The notes under the pieces were generated by a model. That model ran no database searches. It saw only the letters and a program-made list of their open reading frames with translations, and had not been told where the DNA came from. This document shows, in pieces, positions 12,618 to 23,001 of a stretch of DNA of 64,000 nucleotides. How positions within the stretch are numbered: position 1 is the first letter of the stretch; every line of letters starts with the position of its first letter. The DNA lies in NCBI GenBank assembly GCA_973895155.1, contig OZ316899.1, forward strand, positions 11,399,675 to 11,463,674, read 5' to 3'. The DNA is from Marsupella aquatica. Its lineage: Eukaryota > Plantae > Marchantiophyta. A program made the translations under genes and the position numbers.

Positions 12618-15600
12618 ATGGAGCCATTGTCTTCACCCGAGAGCTTGTCATCAATAGGATCGTTCAAGTCAGTCGAGTCAAGCCGAAGGGAGACAAGGTC
12701 TACAGTGAACAAGAAGGCGCTCCAGGCGGGATTGAAAACACCGAGGAGGCCCAAGATGGTGAACCAAGTAGATGTTGTGAATCCTACATTTCAACCTGGA
12801 GCTTCAGAACCCTATTTTGTTGTCATCAATCGCCATCTTTTCCCTTTTGGAAATGACGAATTTGGATCCCCCCTCGCTCCTCCGAGGATTCCCCTTTGCA
12901 GAATGCAAAACATGCAAATCGTTCGGTCCTTGCAAACAAACTTGACTGCGATCGAGACACTCAAGAATGAATTCTGGACGCAGGGATACATCGAAGATGC
13001 GCCTCAATTTTACGTCCAAATGACCGGCAAAGATGGCCTTGTCCAGATGTGCGAGGATGTGATTCGGGAGTCGTGGGATGACATGTGGATTCTTCAGAAT
13101 GAAGAATTCGAGAGGGAATGTGATTCTCACAAAGCTTTCAAAATTTTGAAAGACAAAATGTTATGTGTTTTCGATGGAAATCATCGTCTGTACTCATGGA
13201 TGCAGCTTGCAGACGAGAATCCCCATGATGTCAAATATCATCCTCGAGTTGTTTGCCGAATTTTCAAGGGTGACAAGAACTCATTCGTTCAGATTGAGTC
13301 GGCGATGCATGCGCTGAATAGGTTTGTTTCTTTTCCTTCAAGCTCTGAATTGTATATAAAATTCTTTCAGTTCCTCTTGTTAGCGATCTCGCTGACCTGT
13401 TTCTTTTGTTCAGGTTGACTCAATGTCACGTTGAGAATTCTTGGGTCCTTGAAGCAGAGAGAGTCCAGAAGGTGCTTAGTAATGACCTTTCTGTATACAA
13501 AGATATCATCGATGCAGACAACTACAAACTTTTTCAACAGAAGATGGCAAATATCAGGAAACCGGCTTGGTATTTGAAGAACATGACACTCGATGCCTGC
13601 ACGTACATTCTGTCTGCTGCTAATATTGCAGCGCAGACGGAAGATTTGAAGAAGAAGTTCCAGTTGAAAGAAGTGCAAGGAGAACCTCTTTCAAAAGTTG
13701 CGCAAGACATGGCAGTGAAAGACATGATGAAGGAGCAACTAGCAGATTGGAATGTGAAGGTGCCAAAGATTGGACCTCTCCTGAATCCTGAGTTTGGTGA
13801 CTTTTTCCAGAAGTGTGTTGAGATGCACAACTACTGCGAACATGAGAGGAAGGAAGCCCAACGAACAGACGATAAAGGAAGGGGTAATGTGTCATGTGGT
13901 CTCGATCGTGCGAGGCTATTTACGGGTGTCTCGTCGTTGATTCTGCAGCTCAGATGTGTACTCCTCGAGGCATAATGCAGACCTGAGCTTCGCAAGAAGT
14001 ACTTCCACCCTGGTCAATTCTCGGACAGCGAAACAAAACTTTGGCTTCACCGATGGGCTGTCTGGGAGCAGGTTGAGTCAATTTGTTCTTCGCTCATTTC
14101 TGAGATTATTTCAGAGATGATCCCAACTGTCCCAGATGCAAGGATCCTTACTTCCTCTGAGAAGACAAAGCCATCGCTGATCCTTGACATAGAGGAGGAC
14201 TTTGAAGATTTCCAAACTAGAGTGAAATCTCGTTTTTTCAGACAGATTTGGCCACCAAAGTCGGGTGAGAAGATTGACATCTCACTTTTTTGGAGGAGGG
14301 CGAAGAGATATACGTATCGTTTTTTTGTGGATAGAGAAGTTGCTGACAAAACATATTGGTGGTCCTATCCTGCTTGCTTCTCGCCTTGGATAGCAGGAGT
14401 GAAAGAGGATCCAACCTCCATTAAATATGGAGAGTACTCGATGTACCCATGTGAGGGAGTGGAGGCTCCAAGGAAGATGAGTGAGTGGGAAGTCCTTCAC
14501 TGTCCATGGTATTTAGAATCAGACAAATGGGCAGTGACATTTGACACAGCAGAGAAGGCAGCATTTCATATGATAAATCGAGGCTTGATATCAGAGTCGT
14601 ACATTACAGAGTCCAAATTAGCTCCTGCAAAAGCCGAGGCTGGCGGATGTGAGGCAATGGAGAAAGCTGTTCTTGGTGTAGCTGCCATTGTCGACCGGAG
14701 TAGATCGAGGAGACCTCGCAAGGTGCCGGTGAAGGACACGTCCAAAGATGGATCAATCTTGTCTGGGAAGCAAAGTAAATATTTTTCTCCTCTTTTTTTC
14801 ATACCTCATTCGGAGTAATTTTGTCTCAGTCACCTGTCTGACATTAACATGTTTTTCAGAGAAGAGAAAGGCTGCAGCCTCTGGGAGTTTGAAGAGTGGG
14901 GCGGATGATGGAGAAGAACCCAAGTCTCTTGATGTTGAGGTCACAACAAAATCTGTTGTGGACCTGGGTTCAATCAAGCGTTTAAAGAGGAAGCGCAATG
15001 TCCAAATTCTCTCCGACTCGGATGAGGAGGAAGCATGCGTCGCGCAAGGAGTAGCACGAATGTGTGGTCTTAAGAAGGACGGTGAGAGGCATTTCTTGGC
15101 AAAGAGCAATCTCACGGAAACTGCAAACTCAATTAGCCAGAGGAAAGTAAGACCTCCCTGGATGGGCGATGCGGATCAGTGGTTGTCTGGAGTGAGAAAA
15201 TCGAGCGAACACCCAAACACCGTGATGATCAACGGAAAACATTACGCTGGAATTGGTGCTCACTTGGGTTTCATATTCCTTCCCACGGGCCATCGAACAA
15301 GCGTCACAGATTGGGAGGTCCCGAAGTGGAATGTTTGGAGTGAGAAATTACCATATTATTTCTTTGGAGTCATGCGTCCGATGCTTGCCGACGATGGTTA
15401 TGTCGCAGTTCTTCACAGCTCTAACTATAACCATATGAGACAAATGTTTTCTGCCGTTGAGCAAAAGAACAAATTTAAACATGTCCGACAGTATTTGGTT
15501 TTGCTTTCATCTCCTTTGTATCAGGCAGATATGGACATCGAGGTAAGATATACTCAATATTTTTGTGCAATTTTTGCTAGCGAGCTCGCTAACCAAAAGT

Positions 15601-16141
15601 GCCCATTTCTGACATATTCTTGTTTTCAATTCAGGTGGTTACTCTCATTATGGATATCTTTTGCAAGGTGGAATTCTTGGCAAAAGTCCCGAAACATACA
15701 GGATATGTTCCAATGACTTCCTCTGAGGATGCCCGCCATAAATCGATGTTGAGTGTTTGCTACCTAAAAACTGATCCCAGTCCCAAGGCGGCTTTTGCAG
15801 GTTCCAATAGATTGTCAGTTGGGTTCATGCAAGCCGTAATGGAGATCCTTACTTTGCCAAAGGACATTGTCATTGACTGGATTGTTGGAGATGGAAGTGC
15901 TTTTTCCGCTGGGGAATATGCTGGGAGATTTGTTGTGGGTGTTGAAGATCGAGACATTCTTCATCTGTGTGCGCAAAAAACTTTGGCAAATGTGGTGCAT
16001 AGACATGCCCAGAAGTTGAAAGGGGCCGCAGACCCGAAAGATGATGATCCCAATGATGAAGGGTCGGATGATGAGTTCACCATCCCAGGAGATGATCAGG
16101 GAGGACCTTCAGACAAGAAGGATGAATTTGACTTGGAGTAA
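12618..16141 (+). CDS. ParB/Srx-like domain plus beta-class N6A/N4C DNA-methyltransferase-like fusion protein (4 exons, about 1084 aa, one in-frame TAA at 13973-13975)
   Basis: Exons 12618-13321, 13414-14774, 14860-15542 and 15635-16141, joined in phase by GT-AG introns (3255 nt total). Motifs CVFDGNHRLYSW; RPMLADDGYVAVLH; MEILTLPKDIVIDWIVGDGSAFSAGEYAGRFVVGVE. Confidence 0.72.
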
Positions 16142-17339
16142 AGCACTTGGCCTTTGATGTAGAACTCCCTATTTGGTGTTTTTCTTTTGTTTGTAGAATT
16201 TTTGGATGTGTAGTATTGATCCGATTCTGGTGATTTCTTCAGTGATAGGCGTTCGGATTGGTTTTCGGAGGAGAGATTCCGCCTTTGGAAAGAAATCAAG
16301 GATCATTTTCTTGTGACCCCTGAGAAGGGATTTGCGCTTCCATGCTATGCTGAAAAGACTGCAAAGGAGGTTGATGAAGCGCCCATCGTTTTGACTTGGG
16401 AGGGGAAAGGTCTGCGGTCAGTGAGGGGTGTTCGGAAAGCCCTTTACTGCCCTCAGTTCATAGATGATGAGGCTGGGACTGTAGCACAGTATGTTGACGA
16501 TTCGGCTGAGGAGATTGATAGGGAGCCGAGTAGCGATCCTAGTAATTCCTCACATGATTTGGAATCAGAGGATTCTCAAGGACTCATGGTCAATTTCAGA
16601 TGCAATCTCATTCCATAAGATATTTGTCATACCAAAGTTTTATTAAAGATTTATTGTGAAAGGTTTTTTGACCTGGTTTTGTTCATTGTGATGATGCCTT
16701 TTCATTCAGTTCAGTGTAGTGAAGATCTCAATTTTTGCACTTGTGAATATTTAAGTTTTTGCATTTTCGTTTTCCGTAACTGTTTCACAATATATATCGA
16801 CAATCTTACTTGGGAATCCGCCTGAACTACCTTGAAGTTACGCACAAACTTGCCTCGCTAGCCTGCTGTCCTCGCTAGCAAAACTCCTATTTTCTCGCAC
16901 AATAGAATACTGTTCCCCTGGTCTTGCTGTGAACACGGCATCATAGCTCACGGGTCTTGGTTCCTCCTCCGGCTTCCAGGCTGTCTTCTCCCTCTGTTTA
17001 CCGCAAACAAGAGCTTTAGGCTGCTCTCCCTCGGATTTGGGGCTTGAGGCTCCCACATACATTCAAACCCCTGACTTGTGTTCCGGCCTCCTTCTCTGCT
17101 TGGCTCCGGTAAAGGGGTTTTCCCTTGTAAGTCGGCTTAGGCCGACTCCTGGAGCAATGTTCTGTACCGGTGCTGTTGCCGTTCTCTTTTCCTTCTTCAA
17201 CAATTTCAGCAGATTCTGCATGCCTAGTTGCTGCATCGGGAAGTCTTTCATCTTTGGCCTAAACACCTGCTCAATTGTAGGACGGTCGGGCTGATTGGGT
17301 TTCTCTACTTCCAGCCTCTCACTAGTATATTTTAGGGCC

Positions 17340-17880
17340 ATTATCCGATAGCTATTCCTTCGGATCCCTTCGGAAACTTTATTTTGGAAAAATCAACTAT
17401 CCGATGTAACCCGCTTTGCAATATCCCATCCAATCCTCATCGGAAATCAACCATCGGACTTACTTCGGACTTTCCGTTGATGATGCCGACGGACTTTCCG
17501 ATTCCAACCCATTCGCAAACCTGCACATCCGATCCAATACGTATCGGACACCAACAAACAGACCTTCTCTCAAAACAACCATTGTCCGATAGTAATGGTA
17601 TGGGATAGTTTCATAGTTTTTGCTACGTACATTGCGATGCGTGTAGTATCGGAGTTTACGATACGTTTAGTATCGGAGTTTGCCTTTGGAGAATTATCGG
17701 ATGTTGCGTTAGATTTGGTATCGGATAGTGCGATGTAATGAGGTTTGGAAAATACAATGACGTTGCCATCGGACACATTGTTTTGATGTTTTGGTTTTGT
17801 TGGAGGGGTCCGATGCAAAAAGGATCGGATGCTGCGAAGGGGATTGAAACGGAAGGACCGATGAAGGTGCAAACGGACAT
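17340..17880. repeat. CACTA left subterminal repeat array (TCCGAT/ATCGGA core, both orientations)
   Basis: Many TCCGA/TCGGA cores; typical of CACTA TnpA-binding regions. Confidence 0.85.
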
Positions 17881-18189
17881 CATAACAGATGGCTTAATTT
17901 GTTACAATAGCTAGGGTTTCATGGGTGGTTATTTTGGGTTTGAGAACATCAACCAATATATTAGGGTCCAAAGGAGGCTCAAAACATGTGGTCAAAATCT
18001 CATATTAAAAAAGGGGATGACCCCGATATGTACAAAATGGAATGGGCCTACCTAGTAGACCCATCTCGGCGACTGTTTGCTCCATGGGAACACCTAAATG
18101 GAGCACTGAGTAGAGACTACACTCCATGGCACATGCTAAGATCTAATCAAAGCTACCAAACCTACCTACATGGCACTAACCTCTAAAAA

Positions 18190-20824
18190 GGTGTGTTCCG
18201 TCCCTTCTTCTTCTTGTGGCGAGAGCGAAGCTGGGGAACAGGTGCGGGATCCACAACCGGTGGAGCCACCTGTTGACCAGATGGTGGGTCTAATCCTGTC
18301 CTACCCCCTGACCCACTAGATGCACCGCTAGGCACGGTAGAAGTCCCACCAATCCCTGACAAAGCTGAGTGAAAGGAGGCCTCGCCCCCCCGGCAGACCT
18401 ACTAGAGTGATGAGAGGCTGCGGCTGCGGATGATGCATGTGGCCCATGCCGTGCTGTACTGCCACCTGACTCACAAGATGGCGCTAGACCCCTAGAGCCA
18501 CCATCGTCCAAGTCACCACTGCCTCGACAAGGGGGGCTAGGTGCAGCAGATACTCCTCGACGAGGGGGGCTAGGTGCACCAAATACTCCTCGACGAGGGG
18601 GGTTAGGTGCAAAGCATACTCCTGAGCGATGGTGTGGGCTTGCACCACCTCTACTACCCCCTGAAGGCCCCGGTCTTGCAGCCCGCAATGCTCCCCGTGA
18701 CTGATGAGAGCTCACACCATCAACAGCATGTGACCCACCTCCCCTCCCTCCCAATGTGAGGGTAACATGAGGTATCTGGGCAGTAGGGGCAACTCTAGGA
18801 ACAGTCTGGGCAACTATAGGAACAGCCCAGGAAACTCTAGGAATAGTCGCGGTAGCTCTAGGCTCCCTCTGCAACCCTGCCTCAAATGCTGAGTCCTCAT
18901 CATCTGACTCCCCAGACCCCTCCTCCTCCTCCTGCACATTACAATTAATTCTATAAAGTAAGGAACTTGGTCAAAACTCTACAAATGTAGCAGTGCTCTA
19001 GCTAAGCAAAACATTGTCCCAACTTAGGTAGGGGGAGGGAACAATTACCTCTCCCAGCTCATCCTCAATCTGTCGCTTTAGAGCACGGGGTCCATCCCTT
19101 GCTGCTAGTTCCCTCTCTTTTGGATCAATGGGACGACCATACTCCCTCTCTTGACATTTCAAAATTAAAAGACCACTTCAGCACAATAAATTTAGTTTCA
19201 ACCATAAAATCCACTCCCTCTACCAAACTTCTCCCTCTCAAAACTCTATGCCTTCTATAACTTCTATAACTTACTTAACCCCTAGCAAATACTCTAAACC
19301 CTAAAAAAATCACCAGTGAACTCAAGAAGGGGTCCATTCCAGAATTTCATGCAAGTCAAGCATCCCTATCCTATGCAATCAAAAAAACCCTAAACCCTAC
19401 CCGTTTTAAACAAAATAAACCCAAATTCACTCGAAATATACTCGTTCCGATGCAGCATCCAATATGGATTCTATCGGACTGCTATTGGACCCCTCATCCA
19501 CTAAATTTGAATGTTACTATGTCCGATGCGGGTTCCGATGCGGGTTACAACGAACAAACATCGGACTTAACAGTCCCGAGAGCAAAACAAGGGGGATCGG
19601 AACGTGATAAAGCAAAACGGGACAACCAAAATGTTCACTCTTCGCAAGAGAAGTCAGGTGGTCAAGGAGAGGAGCAAGGGAGGAGGGAGCTAGGAGGGAG
19701 GAGCCACTTACAAACTCGGCCTTCAATTGATTGGAGCCGCCTTGCCCCATCCGGTGAGTCACAATGGGCCTCTCTTCTACTCGCTTCAATGCTGCTATGA
19801 TGTTTGCAGGAGGTTTTTGAAGTCTTGCTGCTTGAGCTGCCCACTGTCGAAGGTTCAGTTGGAGGGGGGCCATGTCAATATCCTCCCCGGCAGCTCGCTT
19901 TTCTTTTGCAATCCTGATTTTGTTGTCCCAATGTCATCTCTTTAGCCAGGCTCGAACAGAGAGCTCCTCCTCAAGCCAAGCTGTCCATGCATCCTGGGGA
20001 ATCACATTTGGACACTGGTGCTCCCTGACCACCTCTGCATCTATTGGCAAATCAGTAAGGTAATCCCTCATCTTCTCCCGCACATGATTCCTTGCATCTG
20101 AAATAGAGGCTGAAATTCAACTGTTTAGAAATCTGTCTTCAAGGTGGGCTCCGTTCTTGAATCTTTCTTTGATCTGCTCCCGAACCCTGGTCCTCTCCTC
20201 TGTTTTCTTACCCCAGTAGTCTAGTGGCCCAAAATTTGCCCTCACAACCTGCAAGAATTGGCTGCGGAACAAATTGTAGCTCCTAGGCATTGGAGCCCCA
20301 CCTGAATTGATAGCCAGCTCAGGTTGCAGAGCCCTCTCAGCCTCCCTTCGCCTTTGCTCCTCAACTCGCAGCCTCTCTGCCTCCCTAGCTTCTCTTTGAA
20401 GCTTTTTCTCCCTTTTCTGAGGAGAGAGAGCCTCCTCACCATTTGCCCTAGCCCTCTCCGCCTCCTTTCTCTTCTTCCTTGCCTCTTTCTCTGCTGCGAG
20501 GCCTGCTGCAGCAGCCTTCTCTGCCTCACCTTTTGAGGCATCAAGCAAAACCTGAAGCACCGGGACTACTCTTGCTGCATCCTCCACTGAAAGCCCTGCC
20601 TTGGCCACAAACAACTCCCTCATTATCTCCTCATATGGCCGGGATGGCCCAGCCCCGTCTCCCCCATCACCCGATCCTCCTTCCCCCACCATCTCTCCTC
20701 CTTCCCGAGCTCCTCCCCTCTCGGCCTTAGAAAATTTTCTGAAATGACTGATGTGCGAAGGAAGCCCCGTAGTGTGCGCCTTCGCAAGCGCATCGGGATT
20801 TATGGATTTCAAATTTTGAATCAA
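18190..20824 (-). pseudogene. TnpA/Ptta-like CACTA accessory gene (spliced, with stops)
   Basis: One frame from about 20824 to 19711 with two stops (coiled coil, then AWTAWLEE...THRMGQGG) ending at a GTAAGT donor; small exon about 19160-19049; G/R/P-rich last exon from about 18933. Confidence 0.6.
18530..18623. repeat. 33-bp tandem repeat, about 3 copies, coding RRGVxxAPSPP
   Basis: AGGGGGGCTAGGTGCA....ATACTCCTCGACG units. Confidence 0.85.
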
Positions 20825-21697
20825 GTCCGATTGTTTCTGCTTCGGAACGTCCGTAGCGTATAGTATTGAATGTCAAATCAGACCTTCCGATGCGTGTTGC
20901 ATCGGACCCCTCCTCCGGCTTGTTATTCCTTGCTTTTATGAAGTGTGATACGTTGGAAACGGTATCGGACCCCTCGTGTAATGTTATCGGATAGGGGGTT
21001 AAGTAGGGCTTATGTAGGGGTCATGTAGGTGTATGTGGGAAGGACCGGTTGTATTAACATTTAATCGTCATGTATGTTTGAATCAGGTTTTATAGGGCCA
21101 TACATGTAGACACATACCGCAGGGGGTTGGCAACGGTGTCATGGATGTGATATATCGACCTTCTTGCAATTTTGGGGTTTGTACCTGAATCCATATTTTT
21201 TTGTGATATACTTTGGTTATCCATGTTCAATTTGCTAATATTTGTCTTTGGGTTTGATGTGCAGTACCTTGGTTTTGAAGGGGTGGTTAGGTTTTTGTAG
21301 GGTGTTAGCTAGGTAGGTTATTTTGCAATGCACTATGCATAGTGTGAGACCGCGCATCCAAAAGGTATGATGCCCCATCCATTTATTCCTTGATCCTTTA
21401 GGCTATTTCAGGTTTGGCATGCAAGTTTTTATCATATGTGCTTGAGCTTGTTTTCGGCAATTGTAGATCATGCATGCTCATTATGAAAATGTCCACCTTG
21501 CAGAGATTTTGGATATCCCCACACTTTGTGTGTAGAGAATACGGCCTAGTAGGCACGGCAGAGCGCGGGTATCATTGAGGTATAACAAGTGTTGTATATA
21601 TGTCTCTCATTCAATTGTTTTTCTAGACATAAATATTTGTCTTGCTGGTTTTTTTCTTCATCCAACATATTGTCATGGTTGTATGATATATATGCAG

Positions 21698-21931
21698 ATG
21701 TCTGCTTCCGATAGTTCCACATCGGATTCAGACTCAGACACGAGCTTGTCTGAGGAGGAGGTTCCTCCACCCCCTCCTCCAGACCAACCTCGTGCTCAGC
21801 CACTAGGGTCCATACCTTGTTGGTGTGTGAGATGTAAGGGACTTGTGGTTCGACATGCCTGGGAGACTTGTGAGCACATCAAAAACTATGGTCGCCACGA
21901 GGGTGATACACCAGGGTATTTGCCTAGCCAG
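21698..21931 (+). CDS. CACTA exon 1: transposase-associated Cys/His domain
   Basis: ATG right after a TGCAG acceptor; 78 codons; motif CWCVRCKG...HIKNYG; ends at CAG|GTAATA in phase 0. Confidence 0.7.
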
Positions 21932-22056
21932 GTAATAAATACGTCCCTCCTTCATTCCATGAAATTCCAATAATTAGTCCACAAATGCTAAATTACTTTA
22001 CATCTAAACAACAATTCATGTATTGATTTGTGTCAAATCATTGTTTGTTGAAATAG

Positions 22057-23001
22057 GTGCCTCGTAGACCCCCACCTCCTCTGGTTGATAATGCTATGTG
22101 GTTGGAAGGGTTTCTAGCAAGGGCTAGTGAGTTGCTTGCATCTACCCTTGCCCATCCACCTCTTAGTCCCCCTGCTCCTATCCCCACACATGCGCATGTA
22201 GACGAGGATGCACCGGTCTCTCGACCCAAGGAAATGGATACTAGGGTCCTACGTACACGTTCACGGTCTCGCAGACGTAGACGACAATATGAACCGGTGG
22301 AGCAGGTAGAGAATCGGGAGGAGGCGTTACGTAGTGATCGACTAGCCGGAAATGGAGATTATATTTGTGTTGAGGGCCGGTTTGGACTATCTTATCTCAC
22401 TGGTAGGGCTGCTGATGTTTGGAAGGACTTTTCTCCTAGTCTCTTCAAATTTCCAGATTTCATTCATACTGATGAACCAGTTGACATATGGGGTCGGCCT
22501 TGGATAGTGAAGGCATCCTCTATTGGTGCTGATATAGGATATGGTCTATATGCTTTGGAGGACATTGTGGTCCCTCCAAAGCCATGGAGACGTGGATATG
22601 ACGGAGAGCACCTTTTCCCTTACATTGGGGCTGTATATAATGCAAAGAGTTGGAAGACTTTGTTGCGTCAACACCCAAGCTGGGGGGTGTACGCCTTGAG
22701 GATGGACTCAGACCCAGATGAGGTTTTGACTAGGCCGTGGCATTGTAGGATGATTGATGGTGACCCTATTCGGAATGGTAATTTAGCAGGGTACATCAAT
22801 AGTACAACGGGTAGAGGTAGAGATTTTGAGGCTAATGTAGAGTGGATCCAAATTTTTGGCCCTCCTAGAGATCCGTATTTTGTGAAACATATGGATGACC
22901 ATATCATGACAGTAGCCATTAGGACTATTAGAGCCGGTGAGGAGATATTGTGTGAGTATGAGTGGGACGCCCCAAAATTGTCCCTACGTTGCCGTCCATG
23001 A
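22057..23001 (+). CDS. SET-domain protein exon (putative lysine methyltransferase) inside the CACTA element
   Basis: Intact 314-codon frame after an AG acceptor; SET motifs IGYGLYALEDI, PYIG, IDG, NLAGYINS, ANVEW, VAIRTIRAGEEILCEY. Confidence 0.85.
   Translation: MPRRPPPPLVDNAMWLEGFLARASELLASTLAHPPLSPPAPIPTHAHVDEDAPVSRPKEMDTRVLRTRSRSRRRRRQYEPVEQVENREEALRSDRLAGNGDYICVEGRFGLSYLTGRAADVWKDFSPSLFKFPDFIHTDEPVDIWGRPWIVKASSIGADIGYGLYALEDIVVPPKPWRRGYDGEHLFPYIGAVYNAKSWKTLLRQHPSWGVYALRMDSDPDEVLTRPWHCRMIDGDPIRNGNLAGYINSTTGRGRDFEANVEWIQIFGPPRDPYFVKHMDDHIMTVAIRTIRAGEEILCEYEWDAPKLSLRCRP

Larger units (their letters stand above)
7749..15592. repeat. Dispersed 16-bp palindrome CTAGCGAnnTCGCTAG, 8 copies in MULE non-coding DNA
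   Basis: Copies at 7749-7764, 7929-7944, 8059-8074, 9838-9853, 12120-12135, 12215-12230, 13380-13395 and 15577-15592; half-sites TCGCTAG at 16855 and 16872. Confidence 0.92.
6358..16910. mobile_element. Mutator-like DNA transposon (MULE), 10553 bp, short imperfect TIRs, three genes
   Basis: 11-bp TSD TGCTCCCCTGG (6347-6357) / TGTTCCCCTGG (16911-16921); ends GTAATTGTAATGTGCGAGCAAACAG versus reverse complement GTATTCTATTGTGCGAGAAAATAG; host LTR is contiguous when the element is removed; MULE/SWIM transposase inside. Confidence 0.9.

Noticed and set aside
12423-16141. Bacterial contaminant or prophage ParB-methylase
   Set aside because: The gene has phase-consistent GT-AG introns and sits inside a TSD-flanked insertion in a plant LTR.
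16313-16618. Fifth exon of the ParB-MTase-like gene
   Set aside because: It looks protein-like, but I could not find a stop-free in-phase splice from exon 4; left unassigned.
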